Below, piece after piece: positions 28,049 through 37,821 of a DNA stretch of 59,466 nucleotides (its first letter is position 1; every line of letters begins with the position of its first letter). Both the position numbers and the translations under genes were made by a program. The stretch is from Longilinea sp. (GTDB lineage: Bacteria > Chloroflexota > Anaerolineae > Anaerolineales > Anaerolineaceae): the NCBI GenBank assembly GCA_026645875.1, contig JAPKMQ010000001.1, positions 1-59,466 on the forward strand, in the 5' to 3' direction. The notes beneath the pieces were generated by a model. That model was not told the DNA's origin, did not search any database, and worked only from the letters and a program-made list of their open reading frames with translations.

Positions 28049-29427
28049 GGCAGCCTCACCGGAACGTAGGATGGTACCGGGGTGAGAAAGTACATCGTCA
28101 CGTACTGCGCCCATGGCACGTAATCGTCATCACCGTACGCCACGTCCACCCAGTAGCCGGTCATGCCGCCCGTATCAGCCACCACGGCGGTGCCGTAGCC
28201 GGGAATATAAACGCGCGCCCCAACCAGCAGCCCGTACCAGGCGCGCGGCACGGCGATAACGCCTTTTTGCACCTTCATGCCGCTGGATGTGCCCGGATAG
28301 CAGCGGTCGCCGCCCGACCGGCAAGGCGAGTACGAGGTGACCCATACGGTGACCGCGCGGTAATATTCCAGGTTTCCAGCTTCGGTCTGCAATGTTTTGA
28401 GCTCGATCTTTGTGCCCAACCCGACCGTCTGTTCCTGGGCCTCCTGTGCCACCCAATCGCCATCCGAACTGCGCAGCACTTCCTCGCCATCCTCATAGCG
28501 CACCCGCTCGCGTGAAACTTGCAGCCCCAGCACGCCCGGCACAATCACTTCCTGCCGGTCCAGGGCCACCTGATCAGAATTCTCGTACTTTGTGGTGAAC
28601 GGCACGGCCGTTTGCGCCAAAACCAGTTCCTCCTGCACGCGCACCACACGCAGCCGGCCGTCTTCCGGTAAAGGTTCAGACTCGGAGGGAAGGCTGTAAT
28701 CCAATCCCTGCAATGAAATACCCGCTTCCGCCAGCGCTTCGCCCACCTGCCCGGCCGCGCTGCGCGCCTGAACCGTGAAGCCATCCACCTGGATGGATAA
28801 CGTGCGGGCTTTGCGCAGATCCGCGCTCACAGGGCCCTCCAGGGGCGTATCGGCCGCGGGTGAAAGGCGGTCTGCCGGTTCCATCAGGATGCCCGCTTCA
28901 GCCAACGCTTCGCCCAGCGTGGACGCGCCGGAGGTGATCTGCCGGGTTTCTGAATCGATCGTTAGCGTAACCGTCTGCGCTCGTCGCACCACCAGCGCCA
29001 GCGGTTTTCCAGCCGGCAGTGCCTGGTCCGGCGTGACAGTTGCGCCGTTCGCCCACAGGCGGTCGCCGGCCCCCGCTTCCAGCCCGGCTTCGGCCAGCAA
29101 TTGCGCCGCCGTCTGGCTGGCAGAGACCAACTGCCGCTCTCCGCCATCCGGGAGGAAGGTGATGTTGACGCCGCGCGCGTGCGTGACGCTGATTTCCATG
29201 CCGTTCACCAGCCAGGTCGCTTTCCCTGGTTCCAGCAAATCCTGCGGGGATACCTGCACGCCGGCCTGCCGCAGCGCGCCGCCCACGGTCAGCCCACGCA
29301 CCCGCGCGGATTGCGCCTGCCCATCGATGATCAACGTGACCTGCCGCTGCCTGCCCAGGAAAAGGATCAAAGCAGCCGCCAGGAGCACGCCCAGAATCGC
29401 AAAAGTTATGATTGTCTTACGGCTCAT
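28045..29427 (-). CDS. YabE/RpfB-like protein (DUF348 repeats + G5 + 3D domain)
   Basis: Repeated TVG.AL..AG.....D, G5-like segment, C-terminal IPGYG.AVVADTG...VD. Synteny with rsmA as in yabE/rpfB-ksgA. Confidence 0.85.
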   Translation of the reverse strand: MSRKTIITFAILGVLLAAALILFLGRQRQVTLIIDGQAQSARVRGLTVGGALRQAGVQVSPQDLLEPGKATWLVNGMEISVTHARGVNITFLPDGGERQLVSASQTAAQLLAEAGLEAGAGDRLWANGATVTPDQALPAGKPLALVVRRAQTVTLTIDSETRQITSGASTLGEALAEAGILMEPADRLSPAADTPLEGPVSADLRKARTLSIQVDGFTVQARSAAGQVGEALAEAGISLQGLDYSLPSESEPLPEDGRLRVVRVQEELVLAQTAVPFTTKYENSDQVALDRQEVIVPGVLGLQVSRERVRYEDGEEVLRSSDGDWVAQEAQEQTVGLGTKIELKTLQTEAGNLEYYRAVTVWVTSYSPCRSGGDRCYPGTSSGMKVQKGVIAVPRAWYGLLVGARVYIPGYGTAVVADTGGMTGYWVDVAYGDDDYVPWAQYVTMYFLTPVPSYVPVRLP

Positions 29428-29482
29428 CTTAACGGCATTGTAACAGAAATGGCCAAATCGTGGAAAACGCGGCGGAATGGTA

Positions 29483-29511
29483 AACAAAAACGCCCCGTTT
29501 CCAGGGCGTTT
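29483..29511 (-). terminator. Intrinsic terminator downstream of tRNA
   Basis: Minus strand AAACGCCC-N8-GGGCGTTT followed by TTGTTT. Confidence 0.75.
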
Positions 29512-29514
29512 GTG

Positions 29515-29587
29515 TGCCGAGACACAGAATCGGACTGTGGACACTGCGATTTTCAGTCGCATGCTCTACCAACTGAGCTATCTCGGC
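29515..29587 (-). tRNA. tRNA-Phe (GAA), CCA not encoded
   Basis: GCCGAGA/TCTCGGC acceptor stem, TAGCTCAGTTGGTAGAGC D arm, anticodon loop CTGAAAA, T stem CACAG/CTGTG. Confidence 0.95.
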
Positions 29588-29611
29588 GTGTTCCTTGCAG
29601 AACGTGGCTGA

Positions 29612-29639
29612 ATTTTACCACGCACCCCCGGATTGTCAA
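29612..29639 (-). promoter_or_regulatory. tRNA promoter
   Basis: TTGACA, 16 bp, TAAAAT with extended TG. Confidence 0.7.
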
Positions 29640-29745
29640 GAAATCCGCGCCGCCTGGTTTTCGCAGCGCTGAAAGAATCCTTTGACATAATCCCAGCGCG
29701 CAGCTAAAATGAAAGGATAGTTGTCATAAAGCGCGGAGTTCGATT

Positions 29746-30897
29746 TTGGCAAAATGGGCAGGCAAATACGTTATCGGGCTCACCGGTAACATCGGAACAG
29801 GTAAGAGCGTGGTGCGCCGGATGTTGGAACATCTCGGCGCTTACGGCATTGATGCCGACGCGCTCTCCCATCGCGCCATCGCGCGCGGCGCCCCCGGCTA
29901 CCAGCCCATCGTCGCCGCTTTTGGACGCTGGGTGTTGGGATCGGACGGAGAAATAGACCGCTCCAAACTTGGCCGCCTGGTCTTCAGCGACCCAGAAGCT
30001 CTGATCACCCTGGAACGGATCGTCCACCCGCTGGTCAACCAGGCGGTGAATTTTCTGGCGCAGCGCGCCGGACAAAAGGTGATTGTCATCGAGGCAATCA
30101 AACTGCTTGAGTCTTCTCTGGTGGCCAATTGCGACAGCGTCTGGGTGACCTATGCGGCGCCGCAAATTCAAATCGCTCGCCTGGTTCAAAAACGGCACAT
30201 GAGCGAGGCGGATGCCCGCCAACGGGTGAGCGCTCAGCCCCCACAGGAAGAGAAAATCGCTGCCGCGTCGGTGGTCATCCGCAACGAACTCACTTTTGAA
30301 GATACCTGGCGGCAGGTGCTGGCCGCCTGGCAGCGGGATGTGCCTGAAGCGCTTCAATCTGCGCCGGCAGCCGCCAGCGAAACGCAAGCAGCGGCTTCCC
30401 GCCCGGGTGAAATCCTGGTGCGCCGCGGCCGTCCGCGCGATTCGGAAGAAATTGCTGGCATCATCAACCGCTACAACAAGGAAGGCCGCAAGGTGACTCG
30501 CGACGACGTCATGGCATCCTTCGGCGAGAAGGCCTTCCTGGTGCTGCAGTACAACAACCGCGCCGGCGGCGTGATGGGTTGGAAGGTGGAGAACCTGGTT
30601 GCCCGCGCGACGGATATTTACCTCGATCCCGCCATCCCGGTCGATCAGGCCATCTCGGCGCTCATCGTTGAAATGGAACGCTCGTCGCGCGATTTGCAAT
30701 GCGAAGCCTCACTGGTGTTTGTTCCAACCGAACTGGCCAACCTCACCAACATCTGGCAGGCATTGGGATACGAACCGCGCAAACTGGAAACGCTGGTGGT
30801 GCAGGCCTGGCAGGAAGCCGCCGAGGAAACCAAATCCGCCAGCACCACATTGTTCTTTAAACAACTGCGCGTCGATCGGGTTCTACGCCCAATCTAA
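29746..30897 (+). CDS. coaE: Dephospho-CoA kinase with C-terminal GNAT-like extension
   Basis: IGLTGNIGTGKS, IDAD, IDRSKLG..VF, LERIVHP, followed by about 170 extra residues. Confidence 0.88.
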   Translation: MAKWAGKYVIGLTGNIGTGKSVVRRMLEHLGAYGIDADALSHRAIARGAPGYQPIVAAFGRWVLGSDGEIDRSKLGRLVFSDPEALITLERIVHPLVNQAVNFLAQRAGQKVIVIEAIKLLESSLVANCDSVWVTYAAPQIQIARLVQKRHMSEADARQRVSAQPPQEEKIAAASVVIRNELTFEDTWRQVLAAWQRDVPEALQSAPAAASETQAAASRPGEILVRRGRPRDSEEIAGIINRYNKEGRKVTRDDVMASFGEKAFLVLQYNNRAGGVMGWKVENLVARATDIYLDPAIPVDQAISALIVEMERSSRDLQCEASLVFVPTELANLTNIWQALGYEPRKLETLVVQAWQEAAEETKSASTTLFFKQLRVDRVLRPI

Positions 30898-30948
30898 TCC
30901 AGGCGCGAATTTATCAAAACCACCTCTGAAGGATGAATAGAAAAGCAA

Positions 30949-31830
30949 TTGGCTGATCTGCTGAGCGAGATTATCTTCATATTCCAACGCCTGAACTGGT
31001 TGAGCATCATCGACCTGGCCCTGGTCACGTTGGTATTTTTCATCATCCTGATGGTATTGCGCGATACGCAGGCCAATGTATTGATGCGCGGCGTAGTGCT
31101 GGTGGTCATTTTTCTGGTCGTGCTTACCAGCCTGGTCAACCTGCCCGCCTTCTCGTGGCTGATCAGCACCACGCTGCCCGCACTGCTGCTGGCCATCCCG
31201 GTCATCTTTGCGCCCGAAATCCGCCGCGGACTGGAACGCCTGGGACGCGCCGGTTACGGCAACCTGTTCAACCGGCGCGATGCGGCCGCCATCCTGGCCA
31301 TGCAGCAGACCATCAAAGCCATCGTCACCGCCTGCGCCCGCCTGTCAGCCCGCCAACACGGCGCGCTGATCATTTTACAACGTACCGACAGCCTGCAGGA
31401 ATACGTGCAGACCGGAGTGCTGTTGAACGCGCGTGTCACCCCTGAGCTGCTGCTGCAAATCTTCTATCCCAACACACCTCTCCACGACGGCGCCGTGATC
31501 GTCGCCGAGAACCGCATCATCGCGGCTGCCTGCGTGATGCCACTTTCATCGAGCGGCATTCTCAACCGCTCACCCGAACGGCAAATGGGGTTGCGCCACC
31601 GCGCCGCCCTGGGCAGTTCCGAAGCCTCCGACGCGATCTCGGTGGTCGTCTCCGAGCAAACCGGCGCCATTTCCATCTCCCACAACGGTCGCATGATCCG
31701 GCGATTGGATAGCGAGCGGCTGGAAAATATTTTGCTGGCTTTTTACCAACCCTCAGAAAACGAGTCGAGTGCCAACCTGGGCAGCCGCATCGCGCGCTGG
31801 TTGGAATCATTCCGGCGGCCGGAGGATTAA
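30949..31830 (+). CDS. cdaA: Diadenylate cyclase CdaA/DacA
   Basis: Three N-terminal TMs, F.PEIRRGLE, PLHDGA, GLRHRAALG, VSEQTG. Confidence 0.95.
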   Translation: MADLLSEIIFIFQRLNWLSIIDLALVTLVFFIILMVLRDTQANVLMRGVVLVVIFLVVLTSLVNLPAFSWLISTTLPALLLAIPVIFAPEIRRGLERLGRAGYGNLFNRRDAAAILAMQQTIKAIVTACARLSARQHGALIILQRTDSLQEYVQTGVLLNARVTPELLLQIFYPNTPLHDGAVIVAENRIIAAACVMPLSSSGILNRSPERQMGLRHRAALGSSEASDAISVVVSEQTGAISISHNGRMIRRLDSERLENILLAFYQPSENESSANLGSRIARWLESFRRPED

Positions 31831-31833
31831 ACG

Positions 31834-33081
31834 GTGACTGGGTTGCAACGCATCCTCAAATACATTCCCACCTTCCTGACCGCTTTTGTGCTGGCGCTGG
31901 CTGTTTGGATCTCGGCGGTCACCTCCACCGACCCCACCGAAGAGCGTCAGTTTTCTCAACCCATTCCCATCGAAGTCATCGGGCTGGATCCCGGCCTGAT
32001 GATTACCAACGACCCGCCCGACCAGTTGAACGTGGTTCTGAGCGCTCCGCGGTCGGTGTGGAACCAGCTTGCGGCCGACCCATCCGTCATTCGCGCCGTC
32101 GTCGACCTTTCCGGGCTGGAACCGGGCAACCATGCTGCCCAGGTACAGGTTAACGTCAACCTGCGACCGGTGCAAATCGTTTCCCACGCGCCGCGTTCGA
32201 TCTCCGTCACGCTGGAGCGCCTATCCACCCGCACCGTTCCCATCGACCTGGTGACACGCGGCGAACCGGCGGTCGGATACCAGGCTGGCACGCCCACGCT
32301 CAGCCAGAGCAGCACGGTCGTGAGCGGCCCGGCTTCGATCGTTGAACGCGTGCTGAAAGTGGAAGCGCTGCTCGATCTCACGCAGGTATTTGAAACCGTC
32401 AACCGCACCCTCACACTCCAGGCGGTGGATGCCAATAACGCGCCTGTCACAGGTCTGACCCTGACCCCCGACCGCGTAACCGTCACGCTGCCCATCAATC
32501 AAAAGGGTGGCTACCGCAACGTGGTGGTGAAGGTCGTCACCAGCGGCGAGGTGGCCAGCGGCTACCGCCTCACCAATATTTCGGTCTTTCCGCCCACCGT
32601 GACCGTCTTCTCCAGCAATTTGCAGGCCATTTCAAGCCTGCCTGGTTACGTCGAAACCATGCCGTTTGACCTGGCCGACCTGAAGGATGACGTGGATATC
32701 TCTCTGCCCTTGAATCTTCCGGAAGGCGTGTCAGTGGTCGGTGACCAAACGGTCCTGGTACGCGTGGGTATTGCCGCCATTCAAAGCAGCCTGCCACTGT
32801 CCAACCAAAAAATCACCATTGTCGGGCTGGCCCCCAACCTGATTGCCACGCTCTCGCCCGATACCATTGATCTCATCCTCTCCGGCCCGCTGCCCCTGTT
32901 GGACGCGCTCAAAGCCGGCGACGTGACCATCAGCATCGACGTCACCGGGTTGGGACGGGGAGTTTACCAACTGGAACCGAAGATCGAGATCTCAATCGCC
33001 GAAATTAAGGTAGAATCGGTGCTTCCAGGAACCATCGAAGTGTTGATCACCTTTGCGCCCACACCCACTTCAGGGCGTTAA
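31834..33081 (+). CDS. cdaR: CdaR (YbbR repeats)
   Basis: N-terminal TM, four YbbR-like repeats, directly downstream of cdaA. Confidence 0.88.
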   Translation: MTGLQRILKYIPTFLTAFVLALAVWISAVTSTDPTEERQFSQPIPIEVIGLDPGLMITNDPPDQLNVVLSAPRSVWNQLAADPSVIRAVVDLSGLEPGNHAAQVQVNVNLRPVQIVSHAPRSISVTLERLSTRTVPIDLVTRGEPAVGYQAGTPTLSQSSTVVSGPASIVERVLKVEALLDLTQVFETVNRTLTLQAVDANNAPVTGLTLTPDRVTVTLPINQKGGYRNVVVKVVTSGEVASGYRLTNISVFPPTVTVFSSNLQAISSLPGYVETMPFDLADLKDDVDISLPLNLPEGVSVVGDQTVLVRVGIAAIQSSLPLSNQKITIVGLAPNLIATLSPDTIDLILSGPLPLLDALKAGDVTISIDVTGLGRGVYQLEPKIEISIAEIKVESVLPGTIEVLITFAPTPTSGR

Positions 33082-33096
33082 TGAAAGCAGGAAATC

Positions 33097-34467
33097 ATGA
33101 GTAAACCCGTCGTAGCATTGGTCGGACGACCCAATGTCGGCAAAAGCACCATTTTCAACCGGCTGGTTGGCGAACCGCTGGCCATTGTGGACGATACCCC
33201 CGGCACCACCCGCGACCGTCTTTTCGGCCAGGGCGAATGGCTGAATATTGTTTTCGATTTGATCGACACAGGCGGCATCGATCCATCCTCTACCAAACAG
33301 GGTGAACCGCTTTCGGTCGGTTCGGCTGATTTTATCGAGCAAATTCGCACCCAGGCCCAGATCGCCATCCAGGACGCGGACGTGGTCTTGTTCATTGTCG
33401 ACGCCATCAGCGGCGTCACGCCCGCCGACCAGGAAGTGGCTCAGATCCTGCGCCGCAGCCAGAAAATCGTGGACGGCAAGCCCTACCCACCCGTGCTGCT
33501 GGTAGTCAACAAGGCGGATAGCGAACGGTACCGCAACCAGGCGCCGCAATTTTTTGAACTGGGCATGGGCGATCCCCATCCCATTTCCGCATTGCACGGC
33601 ACCGGCACCGGCGACCTGCTGGACGCGCTGTTGACCGCGTTCCCTGAACAGGTTGAAGACGAAGATGACGATTCCATCAAAATCGCCATCGTTGGCAAGC
33701 CCAACGTGGGCAAATCCAGCCTGCTCAACCGTCTGGTGGGCCAGGAACGATCGATCGTCAGCGACATCCCTGGCACCACACGCGATTCGGTCGATACGCA
33801 TATCGACGTGAACGGTTTGCCCGTCACCCTGATCGACACGGCTGGCATCCGCCGCCGTGGCAAGATCGAACCGGGCGTGGAAAAATACAGCGTGGTGCGC
33901 TCGTTGCGTGCCATTGAGCGGGCCGATGTGTCGCTGCTGGTGCTCGACGCCACCGCTGGCATCACCGCCCAGGACACCCACATTGCCGGGTTCATTCTCG
34001 AGGCGATGAAAAGCGCCGTGGTCATCGTGAACAAATGGGATGCCGTCACCAAGGACAGCTTCACCATGCAGTCCTATACCGAGCATCTGCGCCGCGAATT
34101 GAACTTCATGCCTTACGTACCGGTGCTATTCATATCCGCCAAAACCGGCCAGCGCGTCGATCAGGTGATGCCGACCGCGTTGCATGTCCAGGAAGAACGC
34201 CTGGTCCGCCTGACCACCAGCCAGATCAACCGCATTTTGCAGGAGGCGAAGGAAGCCCATTCGCCCACGACCAAATCCGGCCGTTCCCTAAAGATCTTCT
34301 ACGGCACCCAGGTTCGCAGCGATCCACCCACTTTCCTGATCTACGTGAACGACCCGGAGCTGGCGCATTTCACCTACACGCGTTTCCTGGAAAACCGCTT
34401 CCGGCAATCCTACCCGTTCACCGGCACGCCCATCCGGCTGGTATTCAAGGGCCGCCGCGACAAGTAA
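33097..34467 (+). CDS. der: Ribosome biogenesis GTPase Der/EngA
   Basis: Two G domains (GRPNVGKS and GKPNVGKS; GTTRD; DTGG and DTAG) and a KH-like C-terminus. Confidence 0.97.
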   Translation: MSKPVVALVGRPNVGKSTIFNRLVGEPLAIVDDTPGTTRDRLFGQGEWLNIVFDLIDTGGIDPSSTKQGEPLSVGSADFIEQIRTQAQIAIQDADVVLFIVDAISGVTPADQEVAQILRRSQKIVDGKPYPPVLLVVNKADSERYRNQAPQFFELGMGDPHPISALHGTGTGDLLDALLTAFPEQVEDEDDDSIKIAIVGKPNVGKSSLLNRLVGQERSIVSDIPGTTRDSVDTHIDVNGLPVTLIDTAGIRRRGKIEPGVEKYSVVRSLRAIERADVSLLVLDATAGITAQDTHIAGFILEAMKSAVVIVNKWDAVTKDSFTMQSYTEHLRRELNFMPYVPVLFISAKTGQRVDQVMPTALHVQEERLVRLTTSQINRILQEAKEAHSPTTKSGRSLKIFYGTQVRSDPPTFLIYVNDPELAHFTYTRFLENRFRQSYPFTGTPIRLVFKGRRDK

Positions 34468-34502
34468 GCAAACCAGTGGCCCCTGACCGGGCGGCCGTTG
34501 GC

Positions 34503-37500
34503 TTATTTTTCTTTTTGTTTGTCCATCTGGTCAAGCATTTCAAAGAATGCCTTGACCACCTTTGGATCCAGCTGCTTGCCGGACAACTCTTGGATGTAAT
34601 CACGGATTTTCTGCTCCTCCCAGGCCGCCTGATAGGGCCGGTCGGAGATGAGCGCGTCCCAGATATCCACCACCGAGAAGATCCGCGCCGAAAGGGGAAT
34701 TTCCTCGCCTTTTAGGCCGAGCGGATAACCGGTCCCATCCCAGCGTTCATGGTGGCTGTAGGGAATCTCCAGGGCTGGCTGAAGGTAATCAATCGGCGCA
34801 AGCAGTTGATAGGCATGCACGGGATGCTGACGCATGATCTCCCACTCATTTTCATCCAGCAGCCCAGGTTTAAAGAGAATGCCATCCGGGATACCCATTT
34901 TGCCGATATCGTGCAGCAGCGCGCCCCGGCGCACATGCACCAGTTGTTCTTCGCTCAGGCCCATCTGGCGGGCCAGGTTCATGGTCATGGTGGTCACGCG
35001 GCGCGAATGGCCTTCCGTCTCGCGATCGCGCAATTCCAGGGCCCGCGCCCAACCCTCCAGGGTGGTGTCGTAAGCTTGCACAAGCTCCTGGTTTCTTGTT
35101 TGCAGGCTCTCAAACAGCGCGGTGTTATTAATGGCAATCGCCGCCTGCACCGATAGCGCGTCCATCAACTGCAGCCATTCATATTCCGGATCCAGCGGCG
35201 AGCGGTGGAAAATCTCCAGCACGCCCATCAGTTGACCCTTGGCGACCATCGGCAGGCCAAAGTAAGCCTGGATGCCTTCCTCCGCCAGGAAATCAGAGCG
35301 CGCAAACTCCGCATCGGGGGCCAGGAAGTTCATAACGCTGATTGTACGGCGTTCCTGTGCCACCTTTCCGGCCATATCTTCCCCCATCTTGTAACTTTGC
35401 CGCGGAACCGCCCGTGAGCGGAAGCCCAACCCGGCGGTATATTCCAGCCGCTGCGTTTCGGATTTGTAGAGCAGGATATCCGCGGCATCGACGCGCAACT
35501 GCACCATGACTTGATCCAGGATGATATGCAGCGTCACGCGCAGGCTCATATCCGCTGTGATGGCCATGTCAATGGTGCGCAGGCTTTGCACCTGCCGCAA
35601 ACGTTTTTCGGTTTGCTCGAAGAGGTTAGCCCGCTGAATCGATCCAGCCACAATGTCCGCGATGGTCTCCAGGATGTGCAACTCGTTGGCGGTGATCGCC
35701 TGGGTCCGGCCAATCGCCAGGGTACCGATGGTGTGCTCCTGGGCGATCAACGGCACGCACCCCAAAGATTGCAAACCAGAAGTCAGGCGCGTTGATTCCT
35801 CCAATTTGGTGTTGGGAAGATCATTGTTCAAAACCGAGATGCCGGTGGAGGCAACCTGTCCAAAAATGCCTTTCCCGGCAGAAAAACGCCGCCCCGAAAA
35901 CGCCAGCCATGTGCCGCGGCTGGCCTCCACCACCTGCTCGCCGGAAAGCGGATCTTTTAGTGTGATCAAAGCACTTTCAGCTCGAAACAACTTCATCAAA
36001 CTGTTCAAAACCATTGGAATCACTTCAGCCCGGGTCAATGCCGCGCGCAAATCGGTGGTCAATTGCACCAGCATTTCCATCTCATGCGCCCGTAGGCGCG
36101 TATCTTCGAAAAGGTGAATGTTCTCCAGAGCGACAGCCATCTGGTCGGCCAGCACGTTGGCTACATCCAGATCCGATTTATCAAAACCCTCCACCTCGAG
36201 GGATTGCAGGTCCACCACGGCAACCACCTGATCGCCCAATTTGACCGGAACAACCAGTTCCGATCGAGTTTCTGGGAATATTTCCCAGAGGATGTAGCGA
36301 TCATCGACTGTCACATTTGGCACAAGGATGGGTTTTCCCTCCAGAGCGCAGGTGCCGATCAGGCCTTCACCGGGTTGGATCAGGATCTCCAATGGGGTCA
36401 TGTCCTTTAGGTTTCCCCCATCACCGCCAGCCCACCGGTACGCCCCATCGCTGGCGATGAAAACGTTGGCGCTGTAACATAGGGTCGCCTCGCGCAGGGA
36501 ATCCGTGATCAAACTGGCCAGTTCCGGGATATCCATCAAGGCGGTGATATTACGCGCCGCCCGGCTGACCACGTGCAACTTGGTGGATAAGTTATGCAAT
36601 TCGCCTGCGGTCCGTTTCCGATCCGACACGTCGCGGATGACGCTCATCATCATCGTCTTCCCGCCAATCAAGACGGTCCGAAAATGAATTTCAACCCAAT
36701 AAGGCTGGTCGTTGGCATCCTTGATCATCCATTCAAAGACGTGGAATCCCTGATCCTGCGCATTCTTGACCCTGCGCTGCAACGACTGAAGTAAAAACGG
36801 CGCATCGCTGGCGATCAATTCCAACGCCGGAGTCTGCATCAACGTCTCACGGTCGCGATTCCACAATTCGCACATGCGGGCGTTGACCATATCGATGCGC
36901 GTCGTTTCGGGGTCAAAGGTGAAAATCGCGTCAAAGGCAGCTTCAAAAATGGTGCGGTAATTGTCTTCCGAACCGTGCATGTCCAGCTGGTCCTGTGCAG
37001 GATCGGCAACCACCTCCATCATCACCGTTACACCGGCCGCGGCCGGATAGGCCTTACAGGCCAGCAGGCGGTCGCCGCTGGGATGAGGCCACGCCAGCAG
37101 ACGCGATTGGGTTGTTTGCTGCCCCAGCGCCTCGGCGCAAAACGCATGAAGGTCAACCCCCAGGGGCGATCCAAAAGCATCGCCCAGCGCAGAGCCGACC
37201 ACCTGTTCAGAGGAAATTTGAAACCATTCCGCGCACGGCTGATTCCAGTATCGCAAAGTGAGTTCACGATCGACCGTAAAGATGCCAGCTTGAATTTGGT
37301 TGAGCGATTCAAGTGAGATGGCAGCGTTTTGCCGGGCAACGGCAAGTTCGGCAACAGCGCTGGCCTGGCTGGCTTCCAATTCTCTACGCACCTGATGCAG
37401 CCGACCGTATCGGTAGCCTGTCCAGCCGGCAGCGGCCATCACCAGCAAAGCGCTGGCGATCAGCCAGCCGTCGATCAAAAACCTGGCTGATAAGAAAAAT

Positions 37501-37610
37501 GTCGCAAGCACCAGGGCCGCCGTCATAGCCCACAGGCACGCCACAATCTCCGGCCGATTGATCCACCGGCCGATGGTTTGGTAAAGCCTGCCTGGCGTGA
37601 TGTCCTTCAT
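34503..37610 (-). CDS. Membrane PAS-PAS-GAF-GAF-GAF HD-GYP phosphodiesterase; start uncertain, up to 37667
   Basis: Two N-terminal TMs, PAS and GAF motifs, GHS.RV, LLHDIGK, HHERWDGTGYP. Confidence 0.88.
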   Translation of the reverse strand: MKDITPGRLYQTIGRWINRPEIVACLWAMTAALVLATFFLSARFLIDGWLIASALLVMAAAGWTGYRYGRLHQVRRELEASQASAVAELAVARQNAAISLESLNQIQAGIFTVDRELTLRYWNQPCAEWFQISSEQVVGSALGDAFGSPLGVDLHAFCAEALGQQTTQSRLLAWPHPSGDRLLACKAYPAAAGVTVMMEVVADPAQDQLDMHGSEDNYRTIFEAAFDAIFTFDPETTRIDMVNARMCELWNRDRETLMQTPALELIASDAPFLLQSLQRRVKNAQDQGFHVFEWMIKDANDQPYWVEIHFRTVLIGGKTMMMSVIRDVSDRKRTAGELHNLSTKLHVVSRAARNITALMDIPELASLITDSLREATLCYSANVFIASDGAYRWAGGDGGNLKDMTPLEILIQPGEGLIGTCALEGKPILVPNVTVDDRYILWEIFPETRSELVVPVKLGDQVVAVVDLQSLEVEGFDKSDLDVANVLADQMAVALENIHLFEDTRLRAHEMEMLVQLTTDLRAALTRAEVIPMVLNSLMKLFRAESALITLKDPLSGEQVVEASRGTWLAFSGRRFSAGKGIFGQVASTGISVLNNDLPNTKLEESTRLTSGLQSLGCVPLIAQEHTIGTLAIGRTQAITANELHILETIADIVAGSIQRANLFEQTEKRLRQVQSLRTIDMAITADMSLRVTLHIILDQVMVQLRVDAADILLYKSETQRLEYTAGLGFRSRAVPRQSYKMGEDMAGKVAQERRTISVMNFLAPDAEFARSDFLAEEGIQAYFGLPMVAKGQLMGVLEIFHRSPLDPEYEWLQLMDALSVQAAIAINNTALFESLQTRNQELVQAYDTTLEGWARALELRDRETEGHSRRVTTMTMNLARQMGLSEEQLVHVRRGALLHDIGKMGIPDGILFKPGLLDENEWEIMRQHPVHAYQLLAPIDYLQPALEIPYSHHERWDGTGYPLGLKGEEIPLSARIFSVVDIWDALISDRPYQAAWEEQKIRDYIQELSGKQLDPKVVKAFFEMLDQMDKQKEK

Positions 37611-37821
37611 CGATGACGATCCCTTGGAACTGTCAGCCTGTGAGCATTCCCCCTGCTCAAAGCACAAAACAAATTATGGGGGGGGTAAATCAGGAAAAAT
37701 TACACCCTTTGCAACCCTCAATCGGTAAGTAAATGCCAATCATGATTATAGCGAAAAGCGAACCACAAACATACTATTTTTCAAGCTTTTTTACTTAACA
37801 AACGGCTAACCAACCCGGGAA

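Noticed and set aside
29440-29745. Integrative element at tRNA-Phe
   Set aside because: No integrase, no duplicated tRNA 3' end noticed, and housekeeping genes on both sides.
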